64,000 nucleotides of DNA from Octopus vulgaris (Eukaryota), in NCBI GenBank assembly GCA_951406725.2, contig OX597822.1:16988001-17052000 (forward strand), in the 5' to 3' direction. Shown here piece by piece: positions 53,616-64,000 of this stretch. The notes under the pieces are model-generated. The model did no database searches and was not told the origin of the DNA. It saw only the letters and a program-made list of their open reading frames with translations. Every line of letters begins with the position of its first letter. Positions within the stretch are counted from its first letter, which is position 1. The position numbers and the translations under genes are program-made.

Positions 53616-53833
53616 AAGAAAATTCAGAAGAAAATTCAGAAGAAAATTCAGAAGAAAATTCAGAAGAAAATTCAGAAGAAAATTCAGAAGAAAATTCAGA
53701 AGAAAATTCAGAAGAAAATTCAGAAGAAAATTCAGAAGAAAATTCAGAAGAAAATTCAGAAGAAAATTCAGAAGAAAATTCAGAAGAAAATTCAGAAGAA
53801 AATTCAGAAGAAAATTCAGAAGAAAATTCAGAA
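53616..53833. repeat. Perfect 12-bp minisatellite (AAGAAAATTCAG) x ~18
   Basis: Directly visible with no variant units. Confidence 0.95.
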
Positions 53834-55205
53834 GGCAGAATTCAATTTTCCATACAAAAATAATTTATCATTTTGCAATTTTTAAACAAGCAGTGAACAA
53901 AGTGAGTACAAAGGAATATGTTGCCATTGTGAACGTTAATTAATTAAAAACATTTGCTGAAGGATATATGAGGCAAGACATAAATTAATTTGACATCACT
54001 TGCTATATATTTTAACTATGTAAGGTGATAGGCTGTGGAATAAGTGCTGACTAATGCAGTAAAAAGGTTGCATGGGGTTGAATACTAACACTGTTAAAGC
54101 AGCAAAGCAGGAATACAATAGAGATGCTAGGACTGTTGAAAAAAGCATTATCTTCAAACTGGTTGGAAGGAGTGGAATAACATTTCTGTAATTATATTGA
54201 AAGAGCTGCTAAGGCTTTCTACGTCGCCAAGTTTCCAAATTTGTTATAAAAATTGGAATAACATTTTCTTTCAGATATATTTGCAAGTGTTGTGAGTGCT
54301 GTCAAATCAGCCAAATCTTCATGTTGGCAATAAAAGAAACAGAATAATATTTCAGCACATAAGTAGTGATAATCGTTACAGCAACTCTCCATGATGTAAA
54401 AGAAAGTCCAATCAGCGGTACTTCAAAGTGAATGCTGCTGGTCATTCGACGTCCAGGGCCACAACTAAACTCTTTCAAATTCGGTGCATTTCACTGTTGG
54501 GTCGTACAATCACATACATGCTAAGGCAGACACACACAGACATACATTCACACACACCTCAGGCCTATCTTTGTCCCTCTTTTTGTCTGTCTCTGTCTTT
54601 AGTGACCTGAAGTCAGCTCTGATCAAACAGACCAATGATCAGAGGTATTCCAGCCATGACACTCCCGTCTGTGTTTCCCCACTTTTATAGCAACATACCA
54701 ACTATTGAATGAACCATTTTGACTGTTGCAAGTTCCCTCATACAAAACTTTCTGCTTTAAACTCATCAAAATTAAAACTTAATAATGGCAAAGTCCTTCA
54801 TTAATTTCAAAAATTAATTGAAACAAAGGCAGAGTGTTGCATCAGAAATATGGTAACAGAATGGTTAAGATGTGTATGGAGGTTCTTGTTGCAGTTGTTG
54901 TTGCTGCTGCTTAGCCACACAGCCACCACCACAGCCACCACCACCACCACCACTGCCTCCAGTTTGACTCTGATTGAGTTAAGCTTCTGCTTTTGTAAGA
55001 TGGCAGGCTGTGTTTAAAGATAAATTTGGCTGCTATTATGGGTGTGACTATATTGAAGGTCCTTCATTGCGAATGACTGATAAAGAAGAAGAAATATATT
55101 CAGACCTTTATTACTTGTGACTAACAAGAGTTTGACTAAAGAATTACGAAGAAGATAAGAATGAGAAGATAAGTAGAATGCACTTGTGAGTCACAAGTGC
55201 TTCCT

Positions 55206-55236
<31 letters not shown>

Positions 55237-57324
55237 ACATCTAGTGTTCATTTGTTTATGTCTTAATGGCTTAGTGGCTTGGCAAAAGAGACCAATAGAA
55301 AAGTAAGTCCTGGGGTCAATTTGTTTGACTAAGACCCATCAAGATAGTGCCCCAGCATGGCCACAGCTCATTGATTGAAATGAGTAAAAGAGAGATAACA
55401 TTTCTATGCCTGTCATTGCTAGAATCCCAACATTTGGGTTTGTTTTGTGGGTTTTTGTCTTTTATTTGTAAGGTTCTGGAGGAAGGAACCATATCCATGG
55501 TTTCCACAGACATTCTAAGACTGATGAGACATTCACTTTGAACAGTCGCACGTCAACAACTGTGAAAAAAACATGCAGAAGTGGTGGGCGGTGTGGGGCG
55601 GGGTGAAGAATTCCAGAGGGATCACATTCTTGAGAGAAAAGATTGGATGGGAAACCAGGAGTGAGGGAGGAGGATTGTGAAAGGAATAGGGTTGACAAAA
55701 GGAAAAGAAATGTGGGAATCAGAAGTATCAGAATAGACTGTGGTATGAGATCAGTCAATTCTGGGGAACAGGGGCCATTGTTATTACTAGCAAAAAACCC
55801 CAAAAGGACAGGATTTGGAGTGTGTTTCTGATTTCCATGCTGGGCCCCACGTAAAAAGCGCCCAATACACTCAGTAAAGCAGTTGGTGTAAGGAAGGATG
55901 TCCAGCTGTAGAAACCATGCCAAAACAGACAATTGGGACCTGGTGCAGCTCTTCAGCTTGCCAGCTTCTCTCAAACCATCCAACACATGCCAGCATGGAA
56001 AATGGACATAAAATAATGATGATGATGATGATGATGATGATACAACTATCATCATTGCCCCCTATTTGCTGTTTACTATTATACTATTATCACCACAGTA
56101 ATGTTACTGCTGTTGCTTTTGTCCCCATTGTTGCTGCTGGTATCCCTGTTGGTGCCGCTCCTATACCACTGTTAACCTTCTACCATTACTTCTACAGTTT
56201 GATGCTGTCACCATACCATTACTGCCACCAGACAAAAAAAAAATACTGCAGTTAACACTATACCATTGCTGCTACATTTACCATTATAACCATTTTGGCC
56301 ATTGTAGCTATTTTCACAATACTACAGCTACTACTACAGCCATCACCATACCATTACTACTACTGCTACTACTATTATAGTTAGCAGACCATTGCTACTC
56401 TAGCAACTGCTACTGCTACTACTACTACTACTACTACTACTACATGCATTATGCACTAAAGGTAGGTGGGGTATCATGTGCCAAATTATTGAATTAAATA
56501 TCAAAAAATAAAATAAAATAAAAAGTTGACAGTTATATTTTAAAATTAAAAGTATTGTGGCTGTTTTTGTCTTTGTTTTGTAAATGTTATGGGTGATTTA
56601 ATTTTAATTTAAACAACAGAGATGTCTTTTTATATTAAATTTTCATGTATCAGATATTAGGTTTTGAGTCTTTCATTGATGACAAGATGACCTTTTCATT
56701 CATAAATTAACAACACTTGACAAACAATCTCTCGTTTTTTTTTTTCTCCCTCTGTCTATAAAAAATATCTCTCTAATCTCTGGAATCTGAAAATTTTGGC
56801 TTAAAACAAAGTGTGAAAATTGTTTCTAGGCATAATTAGTGGTTTGAGTTTTATTTATTAGGCGTCAGGTAGCTGCTTCTTTGGTGACCCATTTTCACAG
56901 ACAGACTAACAATTATGCAAATATGTATATTCCAATAGGTTAATCTATGCAGCTTATTGCAAAGAGTTAAGGGATAATCTTTTACTTGTTTCAGTCATTT
57001 GCTTGTAGCCATACTGGAGCACCACCTCAAAGGGTCGAACAAATTTACCCCTGTTACTTATTTTAAGTTTAATACTTATTCTATTAATATCTATCAATGA
57101 GCCATTAAGTCACAGGGATGTAAACAAACCAACACACACAAAGAGCTTTCCCACAGTTTCCATCTACCAAATTCATTCAGAAGGCATCTGGTTGGCCCAA
57201 GGCTATTGCAAAAACCCTTGTCCAAGATGCTTATCCAGTGGGACTAATTCCAGAACCATGTGGCTGCCAAGTGAACTTCTTAACCGCAAGGACATGCCCC
57301 TGCTTCAATATATATTTATTTACA

Positions 57325-57520
57325 AGGCAGCAAGCAGGCAGAAACATTAACACACTGGGCAAAATGCTTAGCAGTATTTTGTCTGAGTTCAAATTCCACT
57401 GAGGTGAACTTTTCCTTTCATCATTTCAGGGTCGATAAATTAAGTACCAGTTGTGTACCAAGATTGATCTAATTGACTGACCTCCTCCCCCAAAATTTTG
57501 GGCCAAGAGTAGAAAAGAAT
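57325..57520 (+). mobile_element. CpG-decayed family A SINE
   Basis: ggcagcaagcaggcagaaacattaacacactgggcaaaatgcttagcagtattttgtc compared with the consensus ggcggcgagctggcagaaacgttagcacgccgggcgaaatgcttagcggtatttcgtc. Confidence 0.85.
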
Positions 57521-57599
57521 ATATATTTATTTATATATTCATTTTAATCCTCCACATCCTGTTTTTATTTCTTGTTGGTTGATGAAGCATCACAAAGGG

Positions 57600-57870
57600 C
57601 AGGAACAACTAAGCAAGGGTCAGCTTCTGGAACCTGCTGTCAAAGATGGGCATTTGAACACGGAATTTGTAGGAGATGGTGAAACCATTGATGTCAATCT
57701 ATAGACCAAACAGCTGGAGTGGATGTCTGCCATTGTGAGTCAAAAATACTCAGCAAGACATCACAGAATCTCATATCACTTGACTGACCCAGAATAAACT
57801 TCTGGAACTTGACGGAATTGAACTGATGCCACAGCCAGCATATAGTGCAGATATAAGAAAACGAGATGGC
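57600..57870 (+). mobile_element. Possible decayed mariner catalytic-domain fragment
   Basis: EFVGDGETIDVNL*TKQLE and IELMPQPAYSAD resemble mariner G.TI...Y..QL and HPPYSPD motifs. Confidence 0.45.
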
Positions 57871-58155
57871 GTAGGAATAAACAATTATGGCTGTTTCTGC
57901 GATAAGATGCAGTCAACGTGTAGTTGAGTGCCAGAATAACATCTTTGCTCTAGCAGCTAACTATGAATCTATTGCATCTTAGAGCAGAAACAGCTGTAAG
58001 CCAATGCAGTTCATGAAATAATTCTTTATTGCTTTGGACATCTAATTTTCTTATTCCCATTCTGTACTTGACTGATGCTTCACTCTGAAGTAGACGTAGA
58101 TTGAGTTCTATATGTAGACATAGATAGATAGCTAGACAGACAGAAGGATAGATAG

Positions 58156-58206
<51 letters not shown>

Positions 58207-58286
58207 CAGAAGGATAGATAGATAGATAGACAGAAAGATAAATAGATATAGATAGATAGATAGACAGGCAGACAGACAGACAGAAG

Positions 58287-58360
<74 letters not shown>

Positions 58361-58932
58361 CAGACAGGCAGATATATATAGATAGATAGATAGATACATT
58401 CAAATGTTTGTATAAAGATATATCTATAACCAATGCCAACCATTCTTCTTGCAGATATTACTGTGTTGTGCTTTTACTTTCTGCTCAGTCAAGCTGACAT
58501 AACAATTCTCTTAAACATTTTTCTCCTGTTAGTACTTTACATTTTGAACAATTTTCTCTTGTCAAATTTTTATTTATTCATATATTTCTCTTTCTGAAAT
58601 TTTTTCTTTGAATAAATTCTCGAAAATTCAATTCAACATTCAGATATAAAAATCTGGTGAAATATTTGTCTTTTTCTTTAACTTATTTACAGTAGGGAAT
58701 GAGTGGGTTTATTTTTTTTAATGTTTTCTCCATTATTTTTGTATGCTTAGTTTTTCTCCCCAGTACACACACACACATACGCACGCACACACACACACAC
58801 ACGCACATACACACACACACATATACTACACATACACACACAACAGCAATATATATATTGTTACACATATGCACATATATATACATACACATATACATAC
58901 ATACACACACACACGGGCGCATGCACACACAA

Positions 58933-58991
<59 letters not shown>

Positions 58992-59358
58992 GTTTTGTGT
59001 AAGCTTTGAATATTGAGATAAATACATGTCTGTAATATGTCCCTCGAATGAAAAACAAAACACAAACCCAAATAAAAGAGGAGAATAAGAAAAGAGAAGA
59101 GAATGTCGTTCTCTTCTTTGTTTTCTCATTACCAAACACCTTTATTAAAAGCTTTGTTTCTTTTCATTTCTTAGTTTTTATTTCTGTGGAAAATGAAGAA
59201 ATATATTTCTCTCAAACAATTTTTGGCATTGTTTTGTTTTGTTTTTATTTTATTTTACATTGTTTTGTTTATGTAGCTTTGTTTGGGTTTTTTTTTGTTT
59301 TTCCCTAAACTTTATTTTTCCTCTGCTTACATAAATTTGTTGCTTGCATGCTTTGCAG

Positions 59359-59470
59359 GAAATTCAGACATTTGCACAGACTGTTGAAGCGTGTATTTTG
59401 CAACTTGGTGTTACATCATAGGCTTCACTTTGAGATGGCAGGAATTGTAAACAGAATCAGAACTGAGTTG
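59359..59470 (+). CDS. Candidate exon (112 bp) with possible start codon at 59435 (MAGIVNRIRTEL); product unknown
   Basis: Pyrimidine-rich tract plus tttgcag|G acceptor, TTG|GTAAGA donor, GAGATGG Kozak context; the ATG frame is open across the whole exon. Confidence 0.5.
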
Positions 59471-59672
59471 GTAAGAGAGAGAGAGAGAGAGAGAGAGAAG
59501 GAGAGAGGGAGATAGATATAAGGGAGATGTGGGTAAGAAATGATATCTGTTTAAGTTTAACTATTGTACAAACTTAGATAGACACTAGAAGACATTGATT
59601 GTCCTACAAACTAGACATTGCTCAAACTACAAAGACAATAATACATACATACAAACATATATATGTGTGTGT

Positions 59673-59704
<32 letters not shown>

Positions 59705-60104
59705 TGTTGTTATGTCCAGTTATTTGTATTTGTGTAGCATTCTCTTTTTTTTTTCATGCTTGTTTTCATACACATTTGTAGCTTTCTTCCAAGGAATCTA
59801 ATGCTCTTAGCTTAGTTTTTCTTTGGGGCTGGCCAGATTGGAGCAATCTGAGTATAATCAATCGAAACTGCAAAGATAATCTGGAACTCAAATGAGGAAA
59901 GAAAACTCCGAATGACCCATCCTTGTTTTCTTTGTATCGTCTATCTGGATATTTTGTTGTCCCTTTTTTGAATCACATAACTGTCTGGATGTTTTGTGTT
60001 CTTGTCCCATTTTGTCTTATATATATATATCTGTATACATATTAACATACATGCAAACTTATATTCATATAGGTATAATATATATGTATATATATATATG
60101 CATA

Positions 60105-61261
60105 TATACAAAACCACAGGCACCAAACAATACCTAGTATTTAGTTCCTGTCACCCGAAGCATATCAATGCAAATATCCCCTTCGACCTTGCAAGAAGGA
60201 TTTGCGCCATAGTGTCTGAAAAAAATACCAGTGTTCTAAGGCTACAAGAGCTTAAAAACGTACTCAAGGACAGGCACAACATAACTGAACTCATAAATGA
60301 AGGAATTAAACATGCAAAATCGATTGATATTAAAACATTAAGAAAAACCAAACACAGCAATACACCTACCTTTAAAACACTACCTTATGTCTCCACATTC
60401 AACCCCAGAAGCAAAGAAGCATTTAAAATCATTGTCCAAAATCTCCAAACACTCCATAAGGATGCCAAACTTAAGGAAATTCTGCGTAACCATAAAATCC
60501 TTAAGAGCAGCAAACAGCCTAGGACATTGAAGACGATCCTCACAAATGCCAAACTATTCTCTATAACAACAGTGGTCGCCCTAATTGCAGAACATGTCCC
60601 AATCTATTGGAAGGATCAGAATTCCATTTTGGGCAAGAGCAAGTATTCAAAATCGAATCTTACTTCACTTGCGCCTTCCAAGTATCTATGTAATTAGATG
60701 CTTGGGCTGCTATACGCACTATGTTGGTTCACCAGGAATGTTGCTCAGACAGAGATGTACGATCCACATACAACAAATATCCTCCCCACAATATTGCCAA
60801 ATATATCTCAGTCAACACATTGACAAATGTGCAGAATGATTACAACCATAATTCGTAATTTTCCCATTTTATCAACTTGCTTTCTGAACCTCAACGCAAG
60901 TAAGACTGAATAAAGAAGAACCATTTATTCAAAAATATAAACTAGAATTAAATATGAACCCATATTCATAATAAAAGACTTACCACTTCTAATGTAGGAT
61001 ATAAGCCAGAACAAAATACAGACCAAAAAAAAAAAAAAAACAGATTTACCTCCCCTGTACTGTAAAATAAATGAGTAAACAATTATCTCCCTTAGTAATA
61101 TGTCTATTTTTCTACCCTTAGCTTGATGAGCAATGGGAAACCAGTTCTTACTGTAATTATGTTGAAAGAACAAAATCTTATTAATAACTTTATTATTATG
61201 ACTCTAATATACTCCTTAATCCTGTAAAAATAAATTTTCTTTGTTTTTTCATCTTTTCTCT

Positions 61262-61270
<9 letters not shown>
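60105..61270 (+). mobile_element. 5'-truncated Penelope-like element (Neptune-type): RT thumb, Cys linker, GIY-YIG endonuclease, putative 3' UTR
   Basis: YKTTGTKQYLVFSSCHPKH..NIPFDLARRI; GRPNCRTCP linker; IYVIRCLGC..HYVG...LRQR..IH; frameshifted and flanked by TA-rich tracts. Confidence 0.85.
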
Positions 61271-61298
<28 letters not shown>

Positions 61299-61302
<4 letters not shown>

Positions 61303-61485
61303 ATCCAAACAAGAAAGCACAAAAAAACACAACAACGCGAGGACGTGGAACAAATATAGTATTATTGGACGCTCAGGAAAGAAGGAAAGAAGGAGGGTTT
61401 AACGTTTTGAGCGGAGTTCTTCATCAGAAACATAGGAGAAGGAAAGACAGAGGAAAAAAAATCGCCAATGGTACACACGCGGTCA
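61299..61485 (-). mobile_element. Second copy of the 4266-4478 element; hammerhead (61397-61431) probably inactivated
   Basis: RC GUUU CUGAUGA agaacuccgcuc AAAA CGUU AAAC: G12 is lost by a CpG transition and stem II is weakened. Confidence 0.8.
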
Positions 61486-61517
61486 TATATATATACATAC
61501 ATGCATATACATATATA

Positions 61518-63105
61518 TCATCATCATCATTTAACGTCCGTTTTCCATGCTGGCAAGGGTTGGGCGGTTTTGACTGAGAGCTGGTAACCAGATGGCTGCA
61601 CTAGGCTCCAATCTGATCTGGCAGAGTTTCTACAGCTGGATGCCCTTCCTAATGCCAACCACTCCAAGAGTGTAGTGGGTGCTTTTTACATGCCACCTGC
61701 ATGGGGGCCAGTCAGACGGTACTGGCAATGACCACACTCGAATCTTTTTACACGTGCCACCGACACAGGTGCCAGTTAAGTGACATTGATTATGATCACG
61801 CTCAAATGGTGCCCTTTTACATGCCACGGGTATGGGAGCCAGTTGACTGCTCTGGCAATGATCACGCTCGGATGGTGCTCTTGGTACCCTACTAGCACAG
61901 GCATAAGTACCAGTAAGGTGACACTGGTAACAATTATACTCGAATAGCCCCTTCTGTCAATGATCACACTCGTATGGTGCTCTTTGCACCCCACTAGCAC
62001 GGATGTCAGTCATCGAATTGATTTTGATTTTGATTTCACTTGCCTCAACAGGTCTTCGCAAGCAAAGTTTAGTGACCAAAGAAGGAAAAGGTATGCGTAA
62101 GCGAGCTGGTTACGCTCCTGGCATAGGCCACAGGTAATGGTCTCATCTGGCTTGCCGGATCTTCTCGAGCACAGCATATTTCCAAAGGTCTCGGTCGCTA
62201 GTCATTTCCTTGGTGAGGCCTAATGTTTGAAGGTCATGTTTCACCACTTCATCATAGGTCTTCCTGGGTCTACCTCTTCCACAGCTTCCCTGAACAGCTA
62301 GGGTGTGGCACTTTTTCACACGGCTATCCTCATCCATTCTCACCACATGACCATACCAGCGCAGTCATCTCTCTTGCACACCACATCTAATGCTTCTTAG
62401 GTCCAGCTTTTCTCTCAAGGTACTTACAACTCTGTTGAGTATGCACACTGACATTACACATCCATCGGATCATACTGGCTTCATTCCTTGTGAGCTTATG
62501 CATATGTTTCACTGCCGTGTAGCATGGCTGTTTGTACACATGCATCACACAGTCTACCTTTTACTCTGAGCGAGAGGCCCTTTGTCACCAACAGAGGTAA
62601 GAGCTCTTTGAACTTTGCCCAAGCTATTCTTATTCTAGCAGCTACACTTTCAGTGCACTCTCCTCCGCTACTGATTTGGTCACCTAGATAATGGAAGCTA
62701 TCAACTACTTCTAGTTTTCCTCCCTGGGTCGTGGCGGAAGTTGGTCTCTGCACATTTTCAGTGTTTATCAATCCCAAGCATCTGCCACATACAAAAACTA
62801 TCTTCCCAGTTAGCCTTCCTTTGATATTACTGCACCTCTTATGTGTCCATAACTTACACAGGGTACATCTTCTAGAGTTTTTACCTACACCTTTACTACA
62901 GATCAAGCAGGGCCATCTACCTGAAGGGATTTGGGGTTTTCCTGCCTTCCTACTTATTAGGACTTTGGTTTTAGCTAGGTTGATTCTAAGGCCCTTCGAT
63001 TCTAATCCTTGTTTCCACACTTGAAACTTCTCCTCTAGTTCTGATAGCAACTCAGCAATTAGACCAAGGTCATCAGCATAGAGGAGCTCCCAGGGGCATC
63101 CTGTT
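61518..63105 (-). mobile_element. 5'-truncated RTE-clade LINE (RT C-terminal half with embedded PHD-like finger, 3' UTR, (TGA)n tail)
   Basis: [63 protein letters not shown]; frameshifts present. Confidence 0.92.
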
Positions 63106-63142
63106 TGATATACATATATATATATATATGTATATATATATG

Positions 63143-63173
<31 letters not shown>

Positions 63174-63795
63174 ATGTATGTATATGTATGTATGTATGTA
63201 TATATATATTCATGTGTGTGTGATGATGATGTATATATATATATATATATATACTTCTTTTATGAGTTTATTTCTTTTCTGTGCATCAGCCATATGGCTG
63301 CAGTCATGCTGGAACAACACTTTGACATTGTACTCTTTCCACAACTGTCCCATGTGGTTGATTTCTTCTGCGTGGTGGGATTTCATATCTTTAAGAAAAT
63401 AACCTGTTGTTTGACTAGAATTTCACTCTTTCAATCTCAACAGAAACAGCACAAGTATAATATTGAAAATTGTTGCTCATACACAAAAGTGGTAACCAAG
63501 GAAACCAGTTTTCGTATAATGCCATCTGAAGCTGAAGGAAAAAATCTAAATATTTATACATATTGAGAAAGTAAAATTGAATTTAAAAAAGAAAACAGTT
63601 GTAAAACATTAAAAATACTAATAAATATAAACTGATAAATATTAATAAGAAGTTAAATAAATAAGTAAATACATTAAATATGTGCATAAATAATGAAACA
63701 GATGAAACGGTTTTGAGATAAAGCAACACAATTGCACACAACACTGTTTTACACGAGAATACACAAATGAATGTGTTTATATATGTGTGTATATA

Positions 63796-64000
63796 CAGGG
63801 GTTGGACAAAATAATGGAAACACCTAGCATCATAGCATCATAATTTTGAAATATCTTTAAACTCATCAAAAGCTTGTTTATTTTTATGCTTTTTTTAAAT
63901 TTATTATTAGTGTTGCTTAATATGTTTTGTTAAAATTGCTGTTTCTTTTCAGATATCATCAGAAAAAGGTAATTAAATTCATTAGAATGACAGATCTATC
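63796..64000 (+). mobile_element. End of a Tc1-like transposon (runs out of the window)
   Basis: TA|caggggttggacaaaataatggaaacacc is a typical Tc1-type TIR. Confidence 0.7.

Noticed and set aside
53551-53943. RRKF / ENSE repeat proteins
   Set aside because: Translations of the 12-bp minisatellite with no synonymous variation or exon signals.
55521-55554. CUGAUGA-GAC...GUC-GCAC-GUC hammerhead-like motif
   Set aside because: GAAA is replaced by GCAC and there is no stem I pairing.

Overview
Eukaryotic, AT-rich, microsatellite-saturated and essentially non-coding DNA. The SINE families and repeat landscape look like an octopus (coleoid cephalopod) genome; this is an inference. Nearly all ORFs in the supplied track are microsatellite or satellite artefacts. 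The content I can support is: dozens of tRNA-head SINE copies from two main families (one moving as a TSD-flanked dimer); decayed DD37D/maT, mariner and Tc1 transposons; a Helitron remnant with an intact 3' hairpin-CTAG; 3' fragments of RTE, CR1-like and R4/Dong-like LINEs; a Neptune-type Penelope fragment; a solo LTR; a 3 kb two-module satellite; and a 3 kb duplication across a 100-N gap (probably an assembly artefact). The most interesting signal is a set of about 9 minimal type-I hammerhead ribozyme motifs in about 6 unrelated sequence contexts. They include U3-A8 covariant cores and a CUUGAAGA core variant, and most sit in short elements embedded in (TA)n or in outward-facing inverted repeats. 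They suggest a diverse family of ribozyme-bearing, non-autonomous Penelope-derived elements. CpG loss starts abruptly at about 49.6 kb, where a candidate first exon lies, with a candidate ATG-bearing exon at 59.4 kb; a methylated gene body may begin there. All folds and alignments were done by eye.
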